From: Lama glama
Taxonomy: Eukaryota
DNA: 64,000 nucleotides
Direction of reading: 5' to 3'
Assembly (NCBI GenBank): GCA_028534125.1
Contig: CM052817.1
Location: 33,296,001-33,360,000, forward strand
This document shows positions 50,314 through 63,234 of the stretch, one piece after another; position 1 is the stretch's first letter, and every line of letters starts with the position of its first letter. Below the pieces are notes generated by a model. The model saw nothing but the letters and a program-made list of their open reading frames with translations. It did no database searches and had not been told where the DNA came from. A program made the translations under genes and the position numbers.

Positions 50314-51503
50314 ACCTTGCTCTTTTCTCACAGTTCGATTTAGCATCATCTGCTCAGCCTTTTTGATGATTTCTTTCTTTCTCACTACTTCTTTCTTACC
50401 TTTAATCATTTCATACGTTCTTATTTTATAGCCTCTATCTGATGTCTGGTTTTGGAAAGATTTCTACTTCTATTGCTATGCCTGCTGGCATTGGCTCTTG
50501 AATTTGGAGTTATTAAAAATCTTGGACTGCAAGGTTGAGCCAAGATGGCGGAGTAGAGAGACTCACAGCTCGCCTCTCCCACAAATACACCAAGAATTCC
50601 ATCCACAAACCCACTGAAGCACACAGAACACCTATGAACTCTGGCAGAGTGTCTCTCACTTTGAAATACAGGAGGTTTCTCACAAAATCCAATAAACAAT
50701 TTTATACTGTATAGTGTAGGGAACTATATTCAATATCTAGTAACTTATAGTGAAAAAGAATATAAAATGAATACATATATTTGTTCATGTATGACTGAAG
50801 CATTGTGCTGCACACCAGAAACTGACACAACATTGTAAACTGACGATACTTCATTAAAAAATATGTATACAAATCTTGAACTGTGAATTCATTTTACACA
50901 ATGTTTGACCCAAAGGAATTCTGGGGCTCCAGGTTTAGGGATGTCCCTCCAGTAACGCTTCACCTCTGCTTTTGCCAGGAACCTTGGGAGCATTTAAGAA
51001 CCATCTCCATGCTAATTTAACATCCAGAGGTCCCTAGTGCCATATAGGGAGTTCACCATTGAACCCGAAAGCTGGTGAGGGCAGGCTCGGGTTTCAAATC
51101 CCCCCCCCCCAAAACTCACTCCAAGGAATGCAAGCTTGCCTGTCATTTCCCTTGGTCTCTGGAGGAGGGGGAGTGCCTCTTTCCTCTTTGTCCTTTCACT
51201 AAGTGTCGCAGCTTTATACGAGATACAGAGTTTTTCTTCTGTCCCAGGGTGACCACTAAAACCCCAGCTCCTTGGTTTCTGAGATCGTCAAATACCCCCA
51301 GGTAGTCCCAGCTTTAGTTTGCAGGTGGCACTTTGGTTTTTCGTTTCCATTTCATTTTTGGTCCCTGGGATTTCCTTTTCTCTCTTTTGAGCCCAGTTTG
51401 ACATTTTGAGGGATGCTAGCTCTGTTTTATATGCATTTCCAGGTGTCTCTTAGCAGGAGGGCTTTATGCAATGCAATCCACCACATTGCCGGAAACAGAA
51501 GTC
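50314..51503 (-). mobile_element. Ancient L1M/HAL1-type 5' region, interrupted by the 50530-50870 insertion
   Basis: Reverse complement starts gacttctgtttccggcaatgtgg; gcatttccaggtgtctcttagcaggaggg; cttattttatagcctctatctgat. Confidence 0.6.
50530..50870 (+). mobile_element. Mini-L1: L1 5' UTR start fused to L1 3' end (candidate spliced retrocopy)
   Basis: caagatggcggagtag 5' end; junction at 50691/50692; L1 3' terminus; TSD aaatcttg(g/a)actg at 50517-50529 and 50871-50883; ttaaaa endonuclease site at left end. Confidence 0.85.
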
Positions 51504-51714
51504 CCATTAGGCCCCTGGGACTCCGTGTAAGACTCTGCCAGCATCACATGCCACCTGCAGACATCTTCCCCTGCTGCTTTTTTATCCCCTTGTGAGCGCT
51601 CACAAGATGTTCACTGGAGATGGTCATCTGAGTCCCCGGGAGAGCACAGCAGAGGCTGCGGACATGTTTTACACGCAGGTGCTCCATATACCCACACGTG
51701 GTGTAGCAGCACCA

Positions 51715-51930
51715 TGTGGGGGTTCAGAGCACAAGCTCTAGAATCGGATTGACCAGATTCAAATTCGATTTCTTCTACTTCCAAGATGGGTAACCTTGGG
51801 TGAGTCATTTAACCCCTCTGCACCTTCATTTCCCAAGAGGTGAAGTAGGAATAAGATGGAATTACCTCCAGGGAGTTGCTGAGAGCATTAGATGAGGCAA
51901 CGCCTACCAAGGGCCCGACACACAGTATCT
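51715..51930 (+). mobile_element. MIR
   Basis: gtaaccttgggtgagtcatttaacccctctgcaccttcatttccc. Confidence 0.75.
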
Positions 51931-53585
51931 CTCCATCAGGGTGAGCCTTGGTTCGGTTTCAGGGAACAGCCCGGTGCTGGGGAGGAGATCTGTCTCCTCT
52001 AAGCTCTCACACACCAGATCAATGACGGAGGGGGAAAGGTTTATCAGAACTGACCTGCCCCTCCCCAGAAGTGAAAAACGGGAAGGAGGATGGAAAGAAA
52101 AAGCCTGAGGTCATCACCTCGGTCACGGGAGAGACTATTAACCCGGTCCTCAGGGAAAAAAAGAAGATTCTAAAAAAGCCTCGTTGCAAATGTCGACTAG
52201 GGTGAGGATTCCCTAAAGTTTGTGTGCACTGATCTAAAAATGAAACTCCACAGATAGCTCCCAGGGCTTCTCAAGCACAGAGGTGCCAACCTTGTTTAGG
52301 GAGGCTGTGGGGAGAGCCGACAGAGCTCAAGGGGCTTCCAGCAGGCAGGGTGGCACTGAGGGTAGTCAGGGATCTCTTAACCTCTGCCACCATGGATCTC
52401 CACGCCACCCTCCATCTGCCTCTTATCTGACTCCTAAGTGTCAGCATTGAAGTGTAGCACAAATTCCTGCCTTCGGAACGTTTCCTCACAAAAGGAGAAC
52501 AAAAGACCATCAAAGAAGCTCCTAAGCATTTTCAAGGGAAATTTGAGCTGATGCAAAAATGTAAAAAAAAAAAAACAAAAACAAAAACAAAAAAAAACCC
52601 TGTAAATTATAAATGCATTTTTGTTACAGATTAGAATCAGCATGGCTGAGAAGTTTATTTGAAGTATTTTTAAAACCTTTGGCTACAAGAACAGTTATTC
52701 GTCCCAAAAATATTTCCAAATGGGGCATTTGGCACTGCCTGGCAGGAGTGTGGAGATTAGGAAGTGGTCCTCAGGCTGTTTCCTTCTGAGAAGTGGTTTG
52801 AACCACTGGGAAATGTGTTTCTCACTCAACAAGTGCTTATTCGGCAGCCTGAGAGGCAGAGAGAGGCGACAAAAGCCAGATATCAGGAGCACTCTTTTTA
52901 AATTTTTTTCAGGTCACCAGCATTTGTAGGAGCAACCAGCTGTGAGCCTTTAACAAAATTCTGTAGGATTCTAGTTGAATGCAGATCAAAACTCGCTACA
53001 AAGTTAACCTGGGATTTTTCCAGTTAAAATCCTTTTGTCTGCTGTATGTTTTGGTGACACAAGTAGAACACAGTTCACACAAATTGTCCTCATGTGTTGT
53101 TCCTACGTAAGTGCGCTAAATCTTCTCATTGTTGTTTTTTTCTTTTCAGTATACTGATGTCTCCACATTGTGACAACTTCGAACGATGGCTGCCTTGTCA
53201 CCTGCTGAGCAGGGCAGAATTAGAATCTATAGGCTGAAGGAAAGCACATCGTGCCTTAATACGCAGAGATAATTACTGCCTCTGAGAGCTGTCCGTCCGC
53301 TGAATCCACTTGGCTTTGCCAAGCAGGGAGTTCCCATCACGGAAAGCAGGAGAGGCCATCACCAGGAATGCTGCAGGAGGACTTCTGGGTGGGTGTGGGA
53401 TTAAAACACAAGCTCCTAGGTCTATTCCAACCTGAAGATTCTGTGATTTCATCTTTTCAAAAATAATATTTACATAGTACTTCAAAGGGCTTAATGAATC
53501 TCACATGATCTCATTGATTTTTTTAAACAATAGAGGTTACTTTTTTCTGACTTTATAATAAGTGTAAGGAAATATAAATAATAAA

Positions 53586-55240
53586 GACTTCTGAAGAAAG
53601 ATGGCAGAATGAAGGCAAAGTAGAGATTCTCTTCCCTCGATGTCCAGTATATGAGCAAAAATAATGAAAACCAACAAGAAAAGGAAATCAGCAGAAGCCA
53701 GCAAATAAGGAAATGGGTACAAAGGAGAAAGTGAAGTGATACCATAGATGGCACTGCAGGAAGAGGAGGACATGGAGACAAAGGGGTGGTTTTAGAGGAG
53801 TGCAGGTTCTAATCCTGTGCTCACCCTGGAAGCCTTGAATTGTCAAAAATCTTGAGCATTTTCATCAAAAGCTCCAAATCTGGTAAGAAGCAAACTAGCT
53901 GGACACATTGGGTTATAGAATGGGTTAATAAGAATACAAGTTTAACATACTGGGGCCCAAAGAGAAAATGATAAAACAAGACAACGATCTGGGAAAAAAA
54001 AAAAATTTTTTTTCAGTTCTATAGAAACAAATTAAAGACCAAAACAACATTACTATGGAACTAGTAAATAAATAAAAATAGCAAAAAACAGAATAGACAC
54101 AGCTCAAAATAAAATTACACACAGAAAAAGACACTTGGGATAAACATGGTGCGTGTGTGTGAAAAGCACAAAGCAATTTGAGCCCCTTAGTTTTGCCTAA
54201 ACAATCCACAAATAAGACAGACTAAACACGCAAAGATATAAAACAAGGAAACTGCTCTGACAACTGAAGAAATGAATCTGCAAATGGAAAGAGCACACAG
54301 CAGGATGGAGGAAAGCAGGCACTGAATGATTAGCACCAACAACAGCCTCATAACTCACTGAACACCAAGGACTAAGGGAAAAAAAAGTCCTTTGACATAA
54401 AAAGTAAGGGAAGTCACTTAGGTTGACCTCTAATTTGATAATCAGTATTCAATGCCAGAACATAACAAAGCACCATCTAGAATTTCTAAGGGCAATTGTG
54501 ACTCAATAAGATTTCACCCATCCAAGGTGAGTGTGAGTATAAAAGCCACAGATAAACATCCTGACACCTAAAGAGACTCAGAGAATACACACCTGTGTGG
54601 GGTTTTTTTTTGGCTGTTGTTTTGGTTTTTTTTTTTGGAAAAACTATTCCAGGATAAGACTCAGTCAATTTAGAGATGAGGCAAAACAGAGTAATTGGAA
54701 GGGATGGGCTGCGGTAAAAAGGGCTTATCATGGACATAGAATCAACTTGAACACAGAACTGAATACAGATACTGAACAATTATGAATACAGATATTAAAC
54801 AATTATGGGAGTAATATTTCCACAACAGAATGTGAGTGTTGGAAACTACAATATTGTAAAAAGAGTAACAGAGCCAGCGTTGGGAAGTGAGAGGGAGGGG
54901 GGCAGAAAGTACAAGACTAAAGTTTCACTCATCTTTCATAGCCACAAGTCACTCAACACTGTCCAAAATTGAAGCCTGTTGTTAAAAAATAATGATTCCA
55001 ACATCTTAACATTTTTCATAATTTCCTTCCTTAACCTTATTTCCCCAAGAGGGAATTTTAAGGAAATAATCATTCTTGTGGTAAAGATACATTTAACTAA
55101 AGGACAGAATTCCTTTAATTCCTTCAGTCTTAATTTAGTTTTACTTTTTTTATGTTAAATTCAAGTAATATTAAATCTATTACTTTATTAAGAAATAGCA
55201 TGTGTGACATGCTCATATTTCTGCAAAAATATTTCTTCCT
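53586..55240 (+). mobile_element. HAL1-like (half-L1) element with degenerate ORF1 region
   Basis: gacttctgaagaaagatggcag start; A-rich ORF1-like body (acagaatagacacagct, gaatctgcaaatggaaagagcacac, tcaatgccagaa); no ORF2. Confidence 0.65.
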
Positions 55241-55842
55241 CTTTAGGTCTGTTTCTTCCCATCTCTGTTTAGCATACCTTCCCCTCTCCTCTCTTCTCCC
55301 TTCCAAATAGTGCCCCGATTTTCATTTAGATGTCCATCTCTCCACCAGGCAAGAGAGGTCCTCTGAACCCAGCTCCAGCTCTGGGCTGGTGTGACTGATC
55401 CCAGGATAATGCTAGCTCTCCTTCTCCCAGGGAACTCAGGGAAAGCCAGCCAGAACGTGGCAGATTCCTGCCACAGAATCTGGACTGGTCTTGTCACTCA
55501 GCTAAAGCCTAGGAAGCTTGAGGGCGGGTTTGTGGGAGACTTCTGGGGAAAGAGACATCTTGCTTTTACAGTACACTCACCACGCTCACCACAGGAGGCG
55601 CCCTCTCTCCCTCTCGACTTGGCGTGGGAAAGTGCAAAGCCTAGCGCAGTTTTTAATTTTTTAACACAAGTGAATCCACACTGAAACACACACTCCCACA
55701 CACAGAGGGCAGGGTCACAGAGCAATAAGGCTGGATCAGACTCCGAGCGTCAATTATGGCAATCAACACATTTCTATACGTGTTAAACCAATTTGAATCA
55801 GATTTTACATATTTTTGGTACTGAAAACATTGTAATTGATAC
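55240..55842 (+). mobile_element. Old MLT1-like MaLR LTR
   Basis: ggagacttctggggaaag; 3' end ccaatttgaatcagatttt...aaaacattgtaattgataca. Confidence 0.5.
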
Positions 55843-56620
55843 ATTTACTTAGAAAGATGTGAAATAATGTTCACCTAATGATAATCACTTGGGGTTATTA
55901 CTAAAAATGTACATTCCTCCTTTGCTTAAATACTTTATAATGAGCATGTTTCATTTCATTCTACAACCACAGAAAAGTTGTTCTTAAATATTAAATTGTA
56001 AAACATAAAAGCTATATATATATATTCATTATAAAAACAAGAAAATCTAAACATTTCCTCTACCAAGTGCCCCAGCTAGAATTAGGGAGAAAGAAACAAT
56101 GTTCTCTGGTCAGAAAATATAATAAAAATGACTTTAGAAATTGTTAACATCTTTATCATGCTGAGCAGTTGAATTTTCACAGTACAAGAGGTGATATTAT
56201 AGCATCCATTTTATAGAGAAAGATAACCTTTTCATCTTTCTGTGACAGCCTGAAATTCCTTTGAAAAGAGACAAAGCCTTCAATAGCATGATTAAAGATC
56301 AAAGGTTTTTAACATACATGTGATGGAGAAAACTAATATGTACACACGATTAATGTTACTCAAAATGTAAATGGAAGTAGCAAATCTTTTCCTGGTTTTG
56401 TTGGCATGGGGTAGATTGGAAGTCCCTGGACTTTTGAAAGTTGAGAGTGGCTGGGCTTTCTCAATCTCGTAAGAAGAAGTCCCAGGTCTCACTCTGAGAG
56501 CTGCCACCACCTAAAATTGGACCTCTGGCATTGTTAATGATCTATTTTATTCAATGTTGTCTCTCCAGCACTCAGCTCAGTACCTGCTATGTAGTGGGTG
56601 CTCAGTGAAATCTTGATGAT

Positions 56621-56796
56621 GAAAGAAAGAAAGGAAAGGGAAGGAAGGAAAGAAGGAAGGAAGAAAGAAAAGAGGGAAGGAGGGAGGGAGGGACAGACGG
56701 ACGGAGGGAGGGAGGAAGGGAAAAAGAAAGAAAGCAAGCAGGAGGGCAGAAGGGAGGAAAGAAGGAAGAAGCAGAGAAGGAAAGAGAAAGGCAGGA
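56621..56796. repeat. Purine-rich (GGAA/GGGA)n low-complexity tract following an L2 tail
   Basis: Direct reading. Confidence 0.9.
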
Positions 56797-57199
56797 ACTG
56801 TTTTTAGCCTCACTTCTGATCCACCCCCGTCCCCTTCTCCAAGTTGTTGGTGCCTTGGAAGGGTTAAACCTGTCTTCCTCTTTCTCCTTTTTCTCCTCCT
56901 ACTGGCAGGAGCTCAAACAGCCATCTTGGACCATGAGAGCGTGAAAGGGAAACTGCATTTTGAGGACAAAGTAACAAGATGGAATCCCAGTTAAGCCACT
57001 ATTGAGGCTTAAACTGTCTCCCAGACTTCTGAATGGGGAATTTAAAAAGTCTATCTTGTTATAGTTGCTGCATTTTGGGGTCTCTTAGAAATAGCAACCT
57101 GACTCTTGACTAGTAGTAGTCAAGTATGGACACATTCTAATAGAAATAACAGTTACCAGGATGGTAAAATCATTGGCAATTCTTTAATTCAGTTCTTTC

Positions 57200-57740
57200 T
57201 TTTTTCTTAAATACTAGATTTTTAGAAATTCAACTGGTTTGAGGGAATTCATTGGGTCACACAATTAAAACTTCCAGGGGATTTTGGGTCCCAGGTATAG
57301 TTAGATCCAAGGATTAAACAATGTCTGGAGAATTCAATCTCTCTCTCCATCCCTTGGCTCCGTTTTTCTCTGTATTCAATTGACTCCCAAGCAGGACTTC
57401 TCTATGAGGTAAAGGCTGAAGCTCCTGGCTTACAGTAACCTGAGAGACATCAGTTGCAGTGGGAAAAAACCAAAATAAAACCCTTATCCCCAGAGTTTCC
57501 ATAAAATCCTCAAGGTTGACTCTCACTGGCCTCTCACTGAATCATGATCTCATCCCTGAACCAATCACTGTGGCCTGTGGTTCAGGCCTGGGACATGTGC
57601 CTGCCCCTGGAACTGGGTCAGTTCAGCTCTACCCGAGCCAAGTGCACTGAGAGTGGGAAAGGTGAGGTTCCCCAAGGACAGGTACTTTTACCAGAAAGAA
57701 AGGAAGGAATGCAGGCAGGCAACAACCGCAGATGTCTACT
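57200..57740 (-). mobile_element. Old MLT1 (J/K-like) MaLR LTR
   Basis: catccctgaaccaatcactgtggcc, catgtgcctgcccctggaactggg, gcagatgtctactata. Confidence 0.65.
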
Positions 57741-60234
57741 ATAATTTATTCCTTGATTCAACAAATATTTATTGAAACACCAAGAATGTGCATAGCCTCG
57801 TCTCAAGCAACAGGCACGCAGACTGAAGATGGCAGACAAAAATCCCTGCTCTCCCAGAAAGGTCCTCACATTCAATAATGATGAAGCGATTTCCTGTGTC
57901 CTCTTAAAAAGCTTATGTGTACCTTCTTCTGGGAATATTACCAAACTCATCGATGGCTCTAGAACAATCTTTAGGTCCACAGAGAAGCAAGTGGGGCTTT
58001 TAAATCATGGAGAAGGGGTATGCAAAGGCAGGATGGAGTTTTTCTTGTGAAGATGAAAGGAATCATGAAAAAGTAAAGGAAACAGCCAAAGAGTTTACAG
58101 GTGGAGTCTGGGCAGTTTTCAGGTGATGTCGTCTCATTCCAAGGAGAACTCAGTTATTCTTTTCTCTTCCCACTCCCCCATCCTAATCTTGCAGCAGAGT
58201 TTAAAGGGCTGGAAGAAATATGAGTCTGACATATGGGCACCAATTAGGCTTTTCTACGTCCAGGAAATAAAATACTAACTTCTATAGATGTTTCGAGTGG
58301 AAATTGCAAAGTCATTTGTCCCCTGGAGAAGTATGGAAGCACTTGCTGTGGTTTCCTGTTTTGCACAGTCTCCCTCCCTGCCAGCTTGTTGTCTCGACAA
58401 ATTTATTTTCAATAGTGGTAGGACATATGCTTATAATTTTAGGAATGGAGGCACTTTAGATAAGGTGGAACTTGTCACTGGAAAATGAGCTCCAGTGAAG
58501 TTGTTTCCTGGTCCCATATTTCAAGGTATGTTGGTTATCCTCCAAAAAGGGCCCGAATCAACAAAATTAACTCAGAGCTTTGTGCAAACTTCTGACCCAG
58601 GCCCAGACCATATTTTAAGCGACACATAAACATTTGCTTTGTACCCCGTCTCCTCAGTGCCGGCCCTCTTCTCCCCAACCCAGCTGCCACAACTTGGAAA
58701 ATACTGCTAAACATAAAGTTTTCATTTATTTAAACAAATATCTGGTGAAGAAAGACAATGGAGACAATCAAATTTTGGTGGCGGTTGGGGCGGGGCTGAG
58801 GGTGGGGGAAGAGTTGAGAAAAGATCAGCAATGAATTTCATTCTCCTCCAGTCGTCACTAGGGCATCTGGGGTGACCTGTTAGGTCCTTGCCAAAAGCCA
58901 AACAAAAAGGCAGACTTGTCAGAGGTGAAGAAATTTTTTGTGCATACTCTTTGACTCAAGCTTCTTAAAACCAAAGTGTCTCTTACAGATGTGCTTACAA
59001 GTTACTTTCCTCGCTCGGAGGCTCAGTTTCCCTCATCTGTGAATTGGGGTTAATAACACAGCTCCTGGGGTATGGTCCTATGTCAAGCACCAGGCGTGCT
59101 GGGGTCACTGCCGGAGTGGGCAGTACAAGGGAGTCACACACATGTGCACATGCGCACAACAGCACGTTCACGGAGTTGTTTATCTCACGTTTAGAGAGTT
59201 GGTGGTAAAGCCTCGGATTAGAGTCTTTCCATTACAGGTGACCCAACCAGCAATGTCTTTAGACTCAACTCAGGAGCCACTTGACAGGATTGTTCAGAGA
59301 AACGCACTTCAATCCTAGACAAAGTCAGCTCTCCTTGACGGCTGAAGCATGTCTTCCAGCTCCAAGAGGCCATTTAGATAACAGAGGCAAGTCTGAGATG
59401 AGAAATGGCTGATAGCAGCCCCAAAATAGAGCCAATCTGAGGTGGAATAAAAGCCCTCTGTTGCTCATCAGTGTCAGCGGCACCTGTGTGTGAAAGGTGT
59501 CGGGAGCCTCCCTTATAAGGTGGGAGATGGGTCTCCGGCAGACAAGCGCAGAGTCTGGAAAACTGCTGAACTGGAGAAGGTCACTGCTCCGGCCACTAAT
59601 GTGACAGAGGCCACGGAAGACACCTTTCCTACCGCCTCATTTCGCAAAGAAACCAAGGCTCACAGAGGTTGAGTCAGTTACCCGAGATCACGTCTTTAGA
59701 TGGAGGCAAAACTAAGAAGGAGAACTCCGGTCTCCAGCCTCTGAGCCCCATCGGTGACCTCCCCTTGTTTCCTGGGGTCAGCCCGCCTCGCTGGGGCTCA
59801 AGAAGGATTATTCTGGACAACATCCGGAGTGGAGGAGAGGCAAGGCTTTGAGGAGCAGGGAGCACCAAAGAAGACAGGGAAAGGAAGGTTCTTTAAAACA
59901 AAAACAAAAACAAAAACACAGGCAGAGAGTAAGAAGAAGAGAAAGAAATGTGTTTTTAAATATAAAGTTGATGGGGGCGGCTGTGTTTAATCAAGCTAGG
60001 ATGGCTGTGATGATGTATGACCAGAAGCAAGGACTGTGGTGTCGGATGGACCCTCCTGAGGGCACTGGAGCAGCTACAGAAAGCAAATGACAAGCTAAAG
60101 TCCTTTCATTCTGACTTTTCTTGAAGTCATACTGTCCCCTGGAACATTGCAAGTGGGATGATGAAGATTTAGCAAAATTCAAGACAGGACCGATTCTGAG
60201 GATAAATTGGTGCCTACTACTAATTAAAATGGAT

Positions 60235-60408
60235 CTGAGAATATGACCCCAGACCATCAGTGTCATCATCACCTGGGAACTTACTAGAACTGCAAATTCT
60301 CAAACCCCACCCCAGACTTACTAAATCAGAGACTCAGGGTGTGGGGCCCAGCAATCTGTTTTAACAAGCCCCCAGGTGATCTGACGCATATTAATGTTTG
60401 AGAATCAC
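60235..60408 (+). mobile_element. MER5A (hAT-Charlie)
   Basis: catcacctgggaacttactagaactgcaaattctc...ggggcccagcaatctgttttaacaagcc...gtttgagaatcac. Confidence 0.85.
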
Positions 60409-60759
60409 AAGTTTATACAGACTTGAACTCCTGTCTTCTCCACTCATAATAGGCGTGACTTTTGGCATGACTTTTAGTCTAAGCCTCAGTCTTCTCAGCT
60501 GTGTCAGCTGGACTCTGACGATCCTACATTATGGGACTATTATGAAAATTAAGTAATATGTATATAGAGCTTAGAAAAGAGTCTGTCACAGAGCATTCAG
60601 AAACGGTGGGGTTTTTTTGGAACCATCTTTTAGGGCTGTAATGAGGATGAAAGGGTTTTTAGAGTTTAGCACAGTAAACAGTAGGCACATAATAAATAGT
60701 CTGTTCTCAGTAATGCTAGCTGGCAGCAGTATCAGTGGTAGTGGAAGTGGTAGTGATAT

Positions 60760-60990
60760 ACTACTTAACACCTATATTGTATTTATCCTGGACTAGGCAT
60801 GTTTGTGAGCTCTGTACATACTACACTGTAATACTTAAAACAACCCTATTAAGCATAATTATTACCACCTTTAAGATGAGGAAATCATGCTACAGAAGGG
60901 TTAAGTTTCTCTGTCAAGGTTATATAGCTAATAAGTGATAGAACAAGGATCCAAAACCAGGTTGTCTAGTTCTGGAGTCTGTGTGCATAA
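60760..60990 (-). mobile_element. MIR
   Basis: agatgaggaaatcatgctacagaagggttaag...caaggatccaaaaccaggttgtct. Confidence 0.7.
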
Positions 60991-61766
60991 GCACTAATCT
61001 GGGGAGATAGGAAGAGATGCTGAGAGAAGGGAAGGAATAGGAGAGAGAACAGAGGGGATGGGAGGAGAGGGGAGGGGAGAGAAGATGCCATTTTATATTT
61101 ATTCCAGTTCCTAAAAATGGAATCCATCTTCTTGCACAATTTACAGCCAAAGAAATGATGAATAGCGCTGCCTCCAGCCTGAGGTTCCAAGGAAGGGAAG
61201 ACAAATGTTCAGCAGGAGCCCCCAGGGGCAGGGGGTTGGCCAGCTCTGGGTTTATATCTTTTTCACTGGTAATGATCTGGGAAACAGAAAAACATTACCT
61301 GTCAGTGTCACTGGAGCTGGTGCTATTGGGAAAGGCCTCACAGGACATACAAAAGGAACTAATAGAGAGAATTCAGAAATCCTGGCCAACGGTGGGCCAA
61401 GACAGCTGTAGAGACCCTAATCCCAATCGGATTTGGGGGAGGGGGCAGGGGAGAGGCAAGTGAAAGCACGTGTCTTTTGGTCCACTGTCACACTACAATA
61501 GAAAAGCCAAAGTTCCTCCAAAGAGCCAAGGCCGCAGCAGAGAGAAATTGGAGAGACAGTGCCTGCAAAGTGGAGAAAGGGAACCCCCTTTCCTTCTTCC
61601 CTTGCAGCCTGCAAGGGCACACCTGGAAGATGGCCTTTGGTATTTGCTGGGATACTTCAAACATAACTCCACTTTCTAAAGGTACTCAGGGAAGAGCAAC
61701 CACAAAAGAATGAGGAACAGAAGAAAGGGATTCCTAGATGTGGGAAATACATACGTTGGTAATGAC

Positions 61767-62266
61767 NNNNNNNNNNNNNNNNNNNNNNNNNNNNNNNNNN
61801 NNNNNNNNNNNNNNNNNNNNNNNNNNNNNNNNNNNNNNNNNNNNNNNNNNNNNNNNNNNNNNNNNNNNNNNNNNNNNNNNNNNNNNNNNNNNNNNNNNNN
61901 NNNNNNNNNNNNNNNNNNNNNNNNNNNNNNNNNNNNNNNNNNNNNNNNNNNNNNNNNNNNNNNNNNNNNNNNNNNNNNNNNNNNNNNNNNNNNNNNNNNN
62001 NNNNNNNNNNNNNNNNNNNNNNNNNNNNNNNNNNNNNNNNNNNNNNNNNNNNNNNNNNNNNNNNNNNNNNNNNNNNNNNNNNNNNNNNNNNNNNNNNNNN
62101 NNNNNNNNNNNNNNNNNNNNNNNNNNNNNNNNNNNNNNNNNNNNNNNNNNNNNNNNNNNNNNNNNNNNNNNNNNNNNNNNNNNNNNNNNNNNNNNNNNNN
62201 NNNNNNNNNNNNNNNNNNNNNNNNNNNNNNNNNNNNNNNNNNNNNNNNNNNNNNNNNNNNNNNNNN
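61767..62266. other. Assembly gap (500 N)
   Basis: Run of N. Confidence 1.
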
Positions 62267-62466
62267 GAACAGATAAACAAGATTACACTGTATAGCACAG
62301 GGAAATATACACAAAATGTTATGATAAATCACAGAGAAAAAAATGTGACAATGAGTGTGTATATGTCCATGTATGACTGAAAAATTGTACTGAACACTGG
62401 AATTTGACACAACACTGTAAAATGATTATGAATCAATAAAAATGTAAAAAAAAAAAAAAAAGAAAG
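62267..62466 (+). mobile_element. Young camelid L1 3' end; upstream part hidden in gap
   Basis: agataaacaagattacactgtatagcacagggaaatatac...gtatgactgaaaaattg...caataaaaatgt plus long A-tail. Confidence 0.85.
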
Positions 62467-62499
62467 AGATCTATTTGTTTCTTTTTCTATGTACCTGAA

Positions 62500-62916
62500 T
62501 GTCCAGTGGGTGTTAGACAGCCATGTGGGCAAGACCTTTGATTATATTCTAGATTAAAAAAAAATCTAGACAGGATATTATTGGTACAATTTGGGAAATT
62601 TATAAATATGGACTGTAAATTATCAATGTAAGGTAGAATTGTATCAGTGTTAAATTTCCTGAGTCTATAATCTATAGCTCTGTAAGAGAATGTCCTTGTA
62701 ATTAGGAAAGATAAGTGAAACATTTAGGGGTAAATTATTAGGATGTCTGTGATTAAATCTCACATGATTTAGCCAAGGGGAGAAAAAGAGGTTTTCCTAT
62801 AAACACACAGAGAAAATAATAAAGCAAATGCGCCAAAATATTACCAGTTGGAGAAGACAGGTGAAGGGTACCCAGGGTTCCTTGAACTATTCTTGCATCT
62901 TTTCTGTCAGTGTGAA
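62500..62916 (+). mobile_element. L1MC/L1ME-like 3' UTR
   Basis: gtatcagtgttaaatttcctgag, gagaatgtccttg, aaagcaaatgcgccaaaatatt, ctattcttgcatcttttctgt. Confidence 0.75.
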
Positions 62917-62918
62917 TA

Positions 62919-63234
62919 CAGTCAGCCCTCAGTATCTACAGGTTCCATATCCATAGACTCAATCACCCATGGATCGAAAATATTTGGGAAAAAAAAACTA
63001 CTATGTTCCAAAAAGCGAAACTTGTATTTGCCTTGCACTAGCAACTGCTTACATAGCATTTACATTGTATTAGGTACCATAAGAAATCTAGGGATAAATT
63101 TAAACTATACAGGAGAATGTGTGTAGGTTATATGCAAATACTACACCATTTTATATAAAGGACTTGAGCATCCATAGTTCTGGTACCCACTGGGGTCTTG
63201 GAACCAATCCTTCATGGATACTGAGGGACTGCTG
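62919..63234 (-). mobile_element. MER2-like Tigger MITE inserted in the L1M 3' end
   Basis: TIRs cagtcagccctcagtatc / gatactgagggactgctg; TA TSD at 62917-62918 and 63235-63236. Confidence 0.85.

Noticed and set aside
58273..58290. Perfect TACTAAC branch point followed by AG
   Set aside because: The branch A is only ~9 nt from the AG with almost no pyrimidine tract; too close for a normal acceptor.
12470..62916. L1 strand bias (most copies on +) as evidence of a minus-strand host gene
   Set aside because: LTRs show the opposite bias (most on -), so the signals conflict and the counts are small.
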